Shown here: positions 52,185 through 64,000 of the stretch, one piece after another
Layout: every line of letters starts with the position of its first letter
Numbering within the stretch: position 1 is the stretch's first letter
NCBI RefSeq assembly: GCF_030028105.1
Contig: NC_092372.1
Location: 150,046,058 to 150,110,057 of the forward strand
Length of the DNA: 64,000 nt
From: Mobula birostris
Lineage: Eukaryota
Direction of reading: 5' to 3'
The notes under the pieces: generated by a model
What the model was told of the DNA's origin: nothing
The model's database searches: none
What the model saw: only the letters and a program-made list of their open reading frames with translations
Program-made: the position numbers and the translations under genes

Positions 52185-53538
52185 AGGTAGTAATGGGGGA
52201 CAAATAAATGCCAGATGAACTTAATAGGTCAAAGTCAGCATGGTTTCTGTCAAGGGAAACCTTGCCTGACAAATTGATTAGAGTTCTTCGAGGAAGTAAC
52301 CAGCAGGGTGGACAAACCCGAGGCAGTGATGTCATTTATTGGGATTTTCAGAAGGCATTTGATAAGTTGCCATACATGAGGCTGCTTAACAGCATAAAAT
52401 CCTATGGCATTACAGGAAAGATACTGGCATGGATAGCAGAATGGCTGACAAGCAGGAGGCAGCGAGTAGGAATAAAAGGGACCTTGTCTGGTTGGCTGTC
52501 GGTGACTAGAGTTGTTCCTCAGGGGTCAGTATTGGGACTGCTACTTTTCACATTGTTCGTCACTGGTTTGGATAATGGAATTGATGGCTTTATGGCAATG
52601 TTTGTGGGTGATATGAAGTTAGGTGGAGGGGTAGTTCATGCCGAGGAAGCATGCAATTGCTGCAGGACTTAGACAAATTGGGAGAATAGGCAAAAAAGTG
52701 GCAGATGGAATACAGTATTGGGAAATGTATGATAATGCATTTTGGTAAAAGGAACAATCGTGTGGCTATTATCTAAATGGGGAGAAGGTTCAAATGTCAG
52801 ATATGCAGAAGGACTTGGGAGTCCTCGTGCAAGACTCAGAAGGTTAATTTACGGGTTGAGTCTGTGGTAAAGAAGGCAGATGAAATGTTGGCATTTATTT
52901 CAAAGGGATTGGAATATAAAAGCAAGAAGATAATACTGAAGCTTTATAAGACAGTAGTCAGGCCACACTTGGAATATTGTCAACAGTTTGGAGCTCCATA
53001 TCTCAGAAAGGATGTGTTGTCAGTGGAGAGAGTCCAGAGGAGGTTCATGAGGATGATTCTGGGAGTGATGGGGTTATCCTATGAGGAGTGTTTGGCAGCT
53101 TTGGAACTGTACTCACTGGAATTTAGAAGAATGTGTGGGGGGGGGATCTCATTGAAACCTACTGAATGTTAAAAAGACTAGATAGGGTCGATGTGGAGAT
53201 GATATTTCCTGTGGTGGGGTATCTAGAGCTAGAGGGCAAAGTCTTAAAATTGAGGGGTGACCTTTTAGAACAGAAGTAAGGAGGAATTTATTTAGTTGGG
53301 GAGTAGTGAATCTGTGGAATGCTCTGCCACAGACTGTGGTGGAGGCCAAGTCCGTAAGTATATTTAAGGCGGAAATTGCTTGTTTCCTGATTGGTCAGGG
53401 TATCAAAGGATATGGTGAGAAGACATGTGGATGGGGTTGAGTGGGATCCAGGATCAGCCATTATGGAATGGTAGAGCAGACTTGATGGGCTGAATGGACT
53501 AATTCTGTTCCGGTGTCTTCAGGTCTTCTGGTCTTATG
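52185..53538 (+). mobile_element. CR1 LINE 3' part (RT to tail)
   Basis: VIYWDFQKAFDK, VPQGSVLG, VRPHLEYC; (TGGTCTT)-like tail. Confidence 0.92.
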
Positions 53539-54485
53539 GATACATCCAAAGTACTCTGAGGGTGCACTTAAAATTGAAGCAAAGGGGTGTTGGCCAAAAT
53601 CTTGGTCACAATGAGGTTTTTTTAAGGACTTCAAGGAAAGTGATGAATATGGAAAATTTTTGGAAGCAAATTTTAAACTTGGGATCTAGATAAAGCTTAT
53701 GACAGCAGTGATGTGATGAAAAGTGGGAATATTATAAAGTAGAACAATGGATACAGAATTTTGAGGGAATAAATTGGTTAGGCTGGAAAAAGTTATGAGT
53801 CAGGATACAGGAAAGAGTTTAAACAGAAGGATCAAAATTTTTAAAATGAATTAATGAGCAACTGAGAGGTAACGAAAATTTGCCCCAAATGGAAGCGGAG
53901 AACCTGTTGTGTGATTGGAAATGGACAGCAGAATATTTCATGTGTTGAATTTTATAGAGACTAAAGGACAAAATGTTAATGAATGCTGTGACATTTGGGG
54001 ACTTTGCTGATTATGAAGAGGAGAAGACCAGAACGTGTTCTCACAGACTCTTGGGGTAACTGCTGGGCAGGATGTGTAGCTCAGCTGGAGGTGTTCCAGT
54101 ACAAAAATAGAAAATAGAAAACAAAACCTTAATAAAACTGTGGACTGGCCACACTTGGAATATTGTGCCTAATACTGGGTGCCACATTTAAAAGACTTTG
54201 GAGAGGATAAAGACTTATTAAAATGATAGCAGTTTGGGTAGTTTGCATAAGTCTTTCTGTTAATTTGCCATGTTTTGAGTTGCAATGGTAATTAGTTTGT
54301 CACATTCTAAATTAAGGTGAGAAAGTTGTGTAAAGAACACTCTTTGTAAACTTATAGGTCTGCAGAGTTCTAATACAAGCAGTCAGTGAGGGAAAAAATA
54401 TATTTGGTCCATTTTATAGTTTGATCCTCATGATGTAATTTCCTTAGTTTCATTTGACTCATTGTGTTCCACTAACTTCCTGCAG

Positions 54486-54543
54486 AGCCCCCATCAGAAG
54501 ATCACCTTCTGCAGAACACACTCTGGGCTGAAGTTCAGAAGCT
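54486..54543 (+). CDS. ELP2: ELP2 exon (9th), phase 1 to 2
   Basis: ctgcag|, |gtaagt; (E)PPSEDHLLQNTLWAEVQK(L). Confidence 0.96.
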
Positions 54544-54689
54544 GTAAGTTGTTTATCACTAACACTTAAGATTTGACATTTCGTTACTAAGTGACTCGCA
54601 TACAGGGCATTGAAAAAGTATTCAACCCCAACAATCATTTTCACATTTTACTGTCTCATTTTCTAAATGGAAGCCCTCTAATAAAATGT

Positions 54690-55353
54690 AGTTGCTCAGC
54701 AGAGGATGAAATCAAAGCAGCAGACAAAGATAGGAACCAGCTTCTTGTCAAGTTTTGCACCAGATTTTTTTTTACCCAGTCCTCATGAACTTGTGCCCTC
54801 TGCTTCACATTCAAACCCAAAGAAAGATGAACTCTCATTTAAGGTGAGAGTGCTCAAAGGTGACCTAACTTGGAAATACATGTGTGTTCACCATTTAATA
54901 GGAGCACACAAAGACTGAGCAGTGCACCAAATGCATCAGTGGCTCACCTTTCAACAGAAGCTGCTGCACAACCCTCTCTCTCTGTACCAGGCTGTGGTGA
55001 CATATCACCATTGAGTGACATGCTGAGTCTGGCCAGAGAAGCCCTGAGGCAGAGTCAGTCCAAATGTGGACAAGACGGTCATCCACAGAGTGATGGAGAA
55101 TCTAGGGAGGGTAGCAAGGAGAACTGGAGATACAGTAACAGTATATTGTGGAACACAGATGGACACACCCCACAGCAAGCACCAGTGGACTCCAGGAAAC
55201 CTGATCAAGAACCTGTTGCGACTTCAGAAGAATTAGACCCAGATACAGCTGCAAATTCAGGGCCAGCACCTTGGGCTCCTACTGGTTCTAGCATGATGAG
55301 GAGCCAGCTAAGCATCCATCAGATGTAGCTACTTCCTTATACGCTTAAAGATA
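54690..55353 (+). mobile_element. Second fragment of the Bel/Pao 5' internal (gag-side) region
   Basis: Reverse-complement similarity to 34140-34790 (NTDGHT..PVDSRK..QEPV..SEELDP in both). Confidence 0.8.
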
Positions 55354-55815
55354 CAGTGCCTTGAAAAAGTAATCAGCCCCCCCCAACTATTTTTGCATTT
55401 TACTATCTCGTTTTCTAAATTTAAAATATATTGAAGTAGGATTTTTTGAGCTAATCTACAAAACATTGTGCATCATGTCAAATCAAACATTTTGTCAACA
55501 ACTTACTAAAAATTAACTAAAATTATGAGGCTGAAAAAGTATTCATCCACTCAGGTGCAGTATGATATTACCTTAGCAACTCACCCAACTTTTTAAAGTA
55601 GAAAACTGGAGGATCACCTGTTTCCAATGAATTCATAAGAGTAAATTCTCCCTCTGTAAGGATGAGCAGCGTGTTAGGTTTTTCAACTGCCCAAACCAAA
55701 ATGAAGGTGAAAGAGCATTCAAGACAAGTCAGGGAAATGATAATAGAGAAGCACACATCTGGTGAAAGGTGCAAGACCATCTCAAAAGCACTGAATATAC
55801 CCCGGAGCTCAGTGT
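55354..55815 (+). mobile_element. Tc1 (IR/DR type) transposon 5' end with transposase N-terminus
   Basis: TA|CAGTGCCTTGAAAAAGT; inner DR GAAAAAGTATTCA about 55533; MKVKEHSRQVREMIIEKHTSGERCKTISKALNIPRSSV (paired-like HTH). Confidence 0.88.
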
Positions 55816-55861
55816 TGTATTGCCATCAGGAGAGTTTCTTCACTGATTGTGTGCATTCATT

Positions 55862-57475
55862 ACAGGGGTGGTGTGATAGTATAGTATAGAACAGGGGTAG
55901 GCAACCTACAGCCCACGAACAAATATTGAGATACTATGCTTATCCGGCCTGCAAGCAATTTTTCCTTATTCTGAGTGTTTCACCTGACCACACTGATGGA
56001 CATGTATGGCATCTTGTTACACTGGCCCCAGGTTCCATTTATTTCCAAACCAAACACTGAATGAATGACGGGAAGGCAGACTTCCTTATTAATATGTATT
56101 AGATACTCTCCGTGAACGCGCAGGTTTTCAGATGGGATTGTTCAAATTTGTAAACAGAAACAGCGTCACTATGTTTCAACAAGAAATCCACGCTAAATAT
56201 CCAGATATTTACATGTGCTATGATACTTGTTGAATAACATGCGTTTCGAAATAAAATCGAAGAAAAAATTTCCAATGGCAATGAATGCAAAATGCAGGAA
56301 GGTAGACACTGAGTGCCGAAATTTCCGAGACATTTGGTTACAGTAAATTACTTCTTTATATCGAGCAAGCTGGGAAACCAGTTTGTCTTATTTGCCTAGA
56401 TTTTGCTGATTTTTGTTTACATGCAAATTAGTTCAAGCTGTTTGCTACTCCATTTGATGTGGAAGTGGACACTGTATCAGAAATTTTTTCAAATGGAATT
56501 GATCGAGATACAGTGTGACAACATTTTGAGATCGAAATTTCATTCTGAAGATGTGTTAGTGCTTGACTTCTATAGAAAATATATTCATCCAAGTGGGAAG
56601 TATCCTAACTTAGTGGACCATGCAAAAAAGATGGCGTCATTGTTTGGCAGCACTTATCTGTGTGAGCAATTATATTCAAAAATGAAACACACCAAAAACC
56701 ATTTGAGAACAAGATTAACTGATGCCCATCTGGATAATATCTTGCTCTTGGCATCAACAAGTCTGACACCCAATATTGAGAAGCTTTCAAGCAACAAACA
56801 GCATCAAGTTTCACGTTGATTTATCGACTGCATTAAAATTTTCTTTTTTATTATACTTAATTTATCACCATTCAATGCATCATGTTCATACGATTTATAT
56901 TTAAAGATTCTTTGTGTCCTTTTAATAGATTCAAAAGATGCCTTGATTGAAATAAATTGCAACTAAACTGAGTTCTTTGATTACTAATTGGCATCCTTGG
57001 TTAAGCACAAATGATTTTCTAGCATGTGTTATTCATTAATTTGAGGCAAAACATAACTAGATGTATTTAAATGGATAATTACCATATTTCAAGTTTTTTA
57101 TGGCATTTATCTAGCCCACCGTCTGTTCATTCGTACACGGTCCGGCCCACAGAGGCAAAAAGGTTGCCGGCCCCTGGTATAGAAGTTAGTTTGCTACTTT
57201 ACAGTGCCAGCTATCACTGATTGAGGATCAATTCCTTCAGTTGCCTTTGGGGAGTTTGTACATTTTCCCAGTGACCACATGGGTTTCCTCTGGGTGCTCG
57301 CTTTCTTTCCACATTCCAAAGATATTTGAGTTAATGAGTGTGGATATGCTATGTTGGTGCCAAAATCGTGGTAACACTTGAACTGCCCAGCACAATCCTC
57401 ACTGATTTCATTTGATACAAACGAGGCATTTCACCATGTGTTTGATGTACATGTGACAAATAAAGCTCATCTTTT
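55862..57475 (+). mobile_element. V-SINE (HE1-like) split by the hAT insertion
   Basis: GGAGTTTGTACATTTTCCCAGTGACCACATGGGTTTCCTCTGGGTGCTC V-domain after 57177; head begins before the TSD. Confidence 0.75.
55892..57176 (+). mobile_element. hAT (Charlie/Buster, GTF2IRD2-like) transposon, internally deleted
   Basis: TIRs CAGGGGTAGGCAACCT / AGGTTGCCGGCCCCTG; 8-bp TSD GTATAGAA (55884-55891, 57177-57184); N-terminal KCRKVDTECRNF..KPVCLICL and C-terminal LFGSTYLCEQLYSKMK..RTRLTDAHL. Confidence 0.95.
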
Positions 57476-60420
57476 TACTCCATAATTTTGAATAAAATAT
57501 CTCATTTTTAATGATCATCATGTCATCTCAGATTATTAAATTACTAATCCTATGTAACATTATGATAATTGAAGATGCAAGGTCCAACCTAAAGAAGGAA
57601 GTTAAAATGCTTGTGATAAATGTTAGATCTTGCAATAGAGTTTATTTTCAGGATGGATTAGCAGCTGGTTCTAATGACAGAACTAGGTTAATTAGTTGCA
57701 GTGGAGGCAGCATTTCAGATTTTTACCTTCAGTAGATTCAATCAAAATATATGTTGGTTACTGTAGGGTTCTCTGCTTAAAATATAATATTGAAGCTAGT
57801 TAAACGTGTCTTAGAATTGTGAAGATTTAAATCAGTATTTTTCATATCAGTAACGAAGGTTACAATTTCTGAATATTTTTACACATTGTAATGCACTATT
57901 ATGTATATTGAAAAGCAACACACACAAAAAGGCAGTGAATTTCCAATGGGGATTTTGCTCAGCAGCAGGCAGTTGTATGTGTTCGTAAAGTGATTTAAAA
58001 TGTATTTAAGCACACGTAGACCTTGGCTGTGAATGATCAAGATATTGATGCTGCAGCTTTTACTACACCAGTTTACTTCCTGAGAGGGCTGTGTTTAACT
58101 AAAAGAAAATACTTTTTATCTACTACTGTATTCTGATATTTACCTAAGGATTTATGTTTAGTTCAGATGACTAGTTCTGGTATCTTAACTGTAATGTTGT
58201 GATGCTGAATGAGCATTCAGAGTCATCATATATCAGGAAGAAAGCTCAAGTTGAGTTTATTCTAATGGGTACTGTCTGGTAACTTCACTGCCAGCTATTA
58301 TTATGCATTATTAGTTCAACACTACTCTTATTTACTCTTTTGATCTACAACTGAACACTAATGCCTGATGAGTTAATAAAAATATCTTCTTAGTGAGGTA
58401 CAGATCTGAATGTTGTAATTTGACTTGTCGCATCAAAGTATGTGACGCAAAGGCCCAAATCAGCCTGAACTCCTGAAAGCTGAGTACTGCAGTGAGCTTC
58501 ACAAACAGCAGCTCAGCAATCAATAGCACAAAGATCCATTAATTCACTTCCATTTGTTCTACACCACCTTATCTGCACTGATTTTCTTATACTGCATGGA
58601 TTTAACTTCAAACTTAGCATGTGAATTGATGATCTAAGGACGAGCTTTGTGAGATGTTGGTGGAAGTAATTAATCTTTTACCATTGCTGTCAGTAACTGA
58701 TGCCTTTAAATCTTGATTGCTGCAGTACAGTGATACTTTGAACATCAATTTTCTTGAGGCATTATGCATTGTGGAAAGAAAATTGTATTACAGATTAAAT
58801 AGAGGAATTAGAATTACAAAATATTTAAGCATGTTATTTGTGAATATTTTCAAAAATGTTTTGTGCTTTAAATTGGCACTGTTGCTACAGGTGATATTTT
58901 CTCAATTGTTCTTTTCTTTCTCCATTTGGTGCTTTTTTTTCCCCCTTTGAGAGAAAGAAAGCTTTCAAAAAATAGATTATCTGCTTTTGCAAGCTTATTT
59001 TGTAAACTTAATTTCTTGTAGATTATGATTGCATGCATTCACTTCATCATGAAGATAAACTGTATCGAGAAAATTTCTGTCTCGCACATCTCACTAGCAA
59101 AAGTTCAGTTTAAAAAATACAACTACTTATGCTGGAAATTTGAAACAAAAACCAAAAATGCGGGAAGATTTCAACAGGTCAGTTATCATTCTTTGGAAAG
59201 AACGGCAGGGTCAGTGTTTCAGGTCACAGAACTTTCATCAGTACCTCCAGAAGCAAAGTTACTCCTCAAAGTGAGAAGATAACAAGAAAAAGGAGAAAAC
59301 GTCTAGTTAGTAATTTTTCCCCATGACTGCTTGTTAGCAAGTGTGCTTGCATGAAGATTAACTAGTTGGCACTTCAGGAAGTGTAATCAGAGAATCAGAA
59401 CCCGTTTCCCACAGCCTTCTGACCAGAAACTGTGCTTGCATGTAATGAGTTGTTTTGCCCTTAAATATAAATGTACGTCTTATTTTTTTTTTTGCATAGT
59501 GAAGCCAAAACTATGGATTGGCTGTCTTGTTTATATTTGTGCTTTACAGCAATGGGATAATAACAAGGTAAATATGGAATACTATTCACAAAAGTACAAT
59601 TTATGAAGTTTTGTAATAATGTCATTGACTCGTTCAGGAATGATGTTTGATTTACAATTTTGTATTGCTGTGTAGTATTACATTGTACCAATATTCTCAT
59701 AATGCATTTTGCTCAGGTTTTCTGATTTTTAGAGTTTCATTTTAAATTTTATTTCCTATCTTTTTTTCCCTAGGAGCACATCCATCAATCTGTTCAGTAG
59801 CAACACTGTCATTTCTTTTACATGATGTTTGTTCATCAACAAAGAGAAATAGCTTGCCTTTTATGAATACTTTAGTTTAAGCGGCCTGTATTTTCATTCT
59901 CCTGCACTTTCATTTTTAAACTTGCTGGATTCAGCAGCAGTTTGTGTTTAAGTTGTTGGTCTGTCATTGAAAACTATAGTTATCTCTAAACTACTGTTTT
60001 GGTACGGAAAATGTGCCATCTAACATCAGAGATTTGCTACCAAATAGCCAAATGCAGCAAGTCCAGCTGAGTAAGCATCATGGTTGAGAGTTGAGAACAG
60101 TAGGGATGTTGGGGGGTGCCGAATAAACTAAATGTTTGGATGAAGGCGATTCAGCCCAATTGTTCAGATGATTAGACCGCAGAAGGAAGGGATAAGAATT
60201 TAGACCATGGTAGTATTGGGTGTCTAAAAGGAATCAAATTGGAGCCTGGGACCTGGGCAATCATAGAGTCAGCCATTTGGTGTTATGGCTTGGGCAATTG
60301 CAAAATCAGGAGTTTGACACAACTTTGCAAAGTGCTGACGAGGGGTTTGTTGAAGTGTGATGGCAGGAGAGGCCTGAAATGTTACCATACACATCTCAAA
60401 TGTCTTCCTTCCCTCAACAG

Positions 60421-60493
60421 ATACGGGCATGGCTATGAAGTGTTCTGTGTTGCTTGCAATTCCTCGTTGACTGTGGTGGCTTCAGCATGTAAG
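60421..60493 (+). CDS. ELP2: ELP2 exon (10th), phase 2 to 0; gene continues past window
   Basis: caacag|, |gtatca; (L)[24 protein letters not shown]. Confidence 0.96.
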
Positions 60494-62004
60494 GTATCAA
60501 GCAATTACATTAGAAAAATAATAATTACATACTGAAAATATTAATTCCACATTGTTAGGTAAATCAACTTAATACTCAGAGTTTACTTCATGATGTCTTT
60601 CACTGTGAATAGATGTGTTCCTTTAGCTTCAGCGGTAGTTAGCGATTTCCCTCAGGAATAATTTCTCTGGCTGAAGATTGAGCAACTCTACTTAAATATA
60701 AATGGAAAATCCTGTACCACCATTGATGTTGGTTTTCCATTATGAGGCTCTACTGTTTTACCTGTGTTTTATAATTGTCATGGACTTCTATCTGAACCTA
60801 CAATTACTTGGTGAATTACTTTTGCATGTTTTTAAAGCCATTCTTCAATCAGAAATGTAGCGTTTACAAATCACAAACTAATATTTAAGGGCCGCGCTCT
60901 CGTGTTCCATTTCGTGGTAACTTATCACAGAAGAGCTTTGTTGGTGTAACTGGCTGGTGTGTAAGTGTTCATAGTTAACATGGTCAAATCTAATGACTGT
61001 ACAAGTGAAGAAGAAGAATAGACTAGTGGAAATGTAATGGAGATAGGCAAAATTCTTACTACAAAAAGCTGTTGTTTGTGAGTAGTGTTATGATATGAAA
61101 CCTTTATGCTCAATAGCAGAGGATAATCCACCTAACTGGCTGTCCCTGGATTCCATGGCACCAAACCTGGCAGTCCAGCCTACCATGCGGTACTTTGTCA
61201 AAGGCTTTGCTAAAGTCCAACTTCATCTACCGTTTTGGTTACTTAGTCGAAAAACCAAAAAGATTCATAAAGCATGACTTCCTATGCAGGAAGCTATGTT
61301 GACTCCTAATCAGATTGACTATCCAAATGCTGGCAGATCATGCCCCTCAGAATTCCCTCTGATAACTAGCCCACATCTGATGTCAGAATGACCACCCTTT
61401 GCCCTTGCTACCCTTTATAAACAATATAACAACATTACCCATAATCTAGCCTTTAGGAACTTTTCCAGTGGCTAAAGATGAAGCAAAATATCTCCATATG
61501 GGCCTCTGCAGTTTTGTCCTCTCTTCACAGAAGTTTTTGTTCTAATTTGATTGGAAGTTTATTGACCTGGAATGTTTTGGAACCTCTGAGCAGTGATGAA
61601 CTGATGGCACTGAGCACTGACTTCGGTATCTAAAGGTTACCTTCTCTTTTATAATCGATCAACTGGAGGATTCTTAATAATGAGGCATTCTCTCTCTTGA
61701 TGAGCATTACATAACCAAAACTTACTACATTCATAATAGTGGGAAGTACTTATTGTCATCTAAGATACTTCACAGTATTAACTAGAACTATCAAAGTGTA
61801 AGAACACGGTGAATGCTTAAGGGTATCAAAAGGTTCTTTAACAGTTAAAAATTAAAGCATAGTTCTTTGTTCTGTTTTCTATAAATAAACTTGGTGAAAG
61901 GAAGGAATTTTAAAAAAAGTCTTGTAGGGGACTTAGGTGTGTTTATGAATTAATAATGTATCAGAAGATCTTGGATTAAAGCATAAACATGGTGGGTTAC
62001 CTGG

Positions 62005-63335
62005 ACAAGAGAAAATCTGCAGATGCTAGAAATCCAAGCAACACACACAAAATGCTGAAGGAACTGTGCGGGCCAGGCAGCATCTATGGAAAAGAGTGCA
62101 TATGACATTTTGGGCAAGACTGAAGAAAAAAGTTGATAGGTGAAAGAGATACAGGGCTGAAAAAGGCAGAAGGCCATGGAAAAAAAGAAAGGAGAGGAGC
62201 ACCAGAGGGAGGCAATGGGCAGACAAAATAAGGTGAGAGAGAGAAAAGGGGATGGGGAATGGTGAAGGGGTGGGGGGCATTACCAGAAGTTTGAGAAATT
62301 GATGTTCATGCTATCAGGTTGGAGGCTACCCAGATGGAATATAAGGTGGCCACCTATTTTAATTCCACTTTCATTCCCATTCTGATATGTCAATCCATGG
62401 CCTTCTGTACTGTCACAGTGAGGCCACACTCGAGTTGGAGGACCAACACCTTATAACAACACACATCAAAGTCGCTGGTGAACGCAGCAGGCCAGGCAGC
62501 ATCTCTAGGAAGAGGTACAGTTGACGTTTCAGGCCGAGACCCTTCGTCAGGACTAACTGAAGGAAGAGTTAGAGATTTGAGAGGGGGAGGGGGAGATCCG
62601 AAATGATAGGAGAAGACAGGAGGGGGAGGGATGGAGCCGAGAGCTGGACAGGTGATTGGCAAAGGGGATATGAGAGGATCATGGGACAGGAGGTCTGGGG
62701 AGAAAGACAGGGGGGGGGGGAACCAGAGGATGGGCAAGGGGTATAGTCAGAGGGACAGAGGGAGAAAAAGGAGAGTGAGAGAAAGAATGTGTGTATAAAA
62801 ATAAATAACGGATGGGGTACGAGGGGGAGGTGGGGCATTAGTGGAAGTTAGAGAAGTCAATGTTCATGCCGTCAGGTTGGAGGCTACCCAGACGGAATAT
62901 AAGGTGTTGTTCCTCCAACCTGAGTGTGGCTTCATCTTTACAGTAGAGGAGGCCGTGGATAGACATGTCAGAATGGGAATGGGATGTGGAATTAAAATGT
63001 GTGGCCACTGGGAGATCCTGCTTTCTCTGATGGACAGAGCGTAGGTATTCAGCAAAGCGGTCTCCCGGTCTGCGTCGGGTCTCGCCAATATAACCTTGTA
63101 ACAACACCAGTTTCACCTATGAGGCCACACTCGGGTTGGAGGACCAACACCTTATAACAACACCAGTTTCACCTATCACCTTTTGTTTCTCTCTTCCCCT
63201 CCCCCACCTTTTAAATTTACTCGCCTTTTTTTCTCCAGTCCTGCTGAAGGGTCTCGGCCCAAAACATTGACTGTACTCTTTTCCATTGATGCTCCCTGGC
63301 CTACTGAGTTCCTCCAGCATTTTGTGTGCATTACC
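62005..63335. mobile_element. Older rearranged Penelope ends in inverted orientation, hosting a young Penelope insertion
   Basis: Minus end 62005-62345, plus-strand pieces 62345-62462 and 63093-63335. Confidence 0.75.
62463..63092 (-). mobile_element. Young 5'-truncated Penelope copy with hammerhead (62519-62554)
   Basis: YIGETRRRPGDRFAEYLRSV...LGSLQPDGMNIDFSNF; TSD ACCTT(A/G)TAACAACAC at 62448-62462 and 63093-63107. Confidence 0.92.
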
Positions 63336-63408
63336 TGGAGTAACTGCTGTATTAGTTTATTTCCACTCAAATTCTAAACTCTGTGATGAGCCCACTGTCT
63401 GGTTGCAT

Positions 63409-64000
63409 ATAAGACCATAAGACATAGGTGCAGAATTAGGCCATTTGATCCATCGAGTCTCCTCCACCATTTAATCATGGCTGATCCTTTTATTCTCCTT
63501 CTCAACCCCATTTCCCGGCCTTCTCCCTGTAACCTTTGATGCCATGTCCAATCAAGAACTTTTCAGTCTCTGCCTTAAATACCCCCAACGCCCCGGCCTC
63601 CACAGCTACATGTGGCAACAAATTCCACAAATTCACCACCTTCTGGCTAAAGAAATTTCTCTTCATCTTTGTTTTGAATGGATGCCCCTCTAACCTGAGG
63701 CTGTGCCCGCTTGTCCTAGACTCTCCCACCATGGGAAACATCCTTTCAACATTTACTCTGTCTAAGCCTTTCAACATTCGAAAGGTTTTAATGAGATCCT
63801 CCCTCATCCTTCTAAGTTCCAGTGAGTACAGACCCAGAGCCATCAAACGTTCCTTATATGATAACCCTTTCATTCCTGGAATCATCCTTGTGAACCTCCT
63901 CTGGACCCTCTCCAATGCCAGCACATCTCTAAGATGAGGAGCCCAAAACTGTACATAATACTCAAGGTGAGGCCTCACCAGTGCCTTATAAAGTCTCAGC
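63409..64000 (-). mobile_element. CR1 3' end (truncated by window edge)
   Basis: RPHLEYYVQFWAPHL...RNFFSQKVVNLWN; (TATGGTCT) tail. Confidence 0.92.

Noticed and set aside
54870-55328. 152-aa ORF as a novel nested gene
   Set aside because: Homologous to the frameshifted Bel/Pao internal region at 34.1-34.8 kb; no splice or promoter support.
56403-56819. Domesticated GTF2IRD2/ZBED-like host gene
   Set aside because: Lies between TIRs and TSD, and the catalytic core is deleted; it is a transposon remnant.
2619-60420. U12-type introns or intronic snoRNAs
   Set aside because: All donors are U2-type with no RTATCCT; no convincing C/D or H/ACA structure seen by eye, though a covariance search was not run.

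Overview
Eukaryotic (vertebrate) genomic DNA. The repeat content (abundant CR1, Rex1/Babar-type LINEs, Penelope elements, V- and CORE-type SINEs) suggests a cartilaginous fish, though this is an inference. The window holds ten consecutive internal coding exons of ELP2 (Elongator subunit 2, WD40) on the + strand. All have AG/GT boundaries and compatible phases, and they splice into a stop-free 1118-nt frame; the gene extends beyond both window edges. The introns are mostly nested transposable elements: a near full-length CR1 LINE, Penelope fragments carrying minimal hammerhead ribozymes, Rex1-type LINEs, an internally deleted Bel/Pao LTR element, a degraded Gypsy remnant, DNA transposons (hAT, Chapaev3, Tc1, Tigger-like) and SINEs. 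Most ORFs in the supplied track are TE fragments or antisense noise. I see no clearly new biological system. The best leads are the Penelope-borne hammerheads and their possible strand bias within ELP2, the minimal Bel/Pao element, and SINEs with the same head but different tails. All calls come from reading the sequence and recalling family motifs, with no database searches; TE boundaries are approximate unless a TSD or TIR is quoted.
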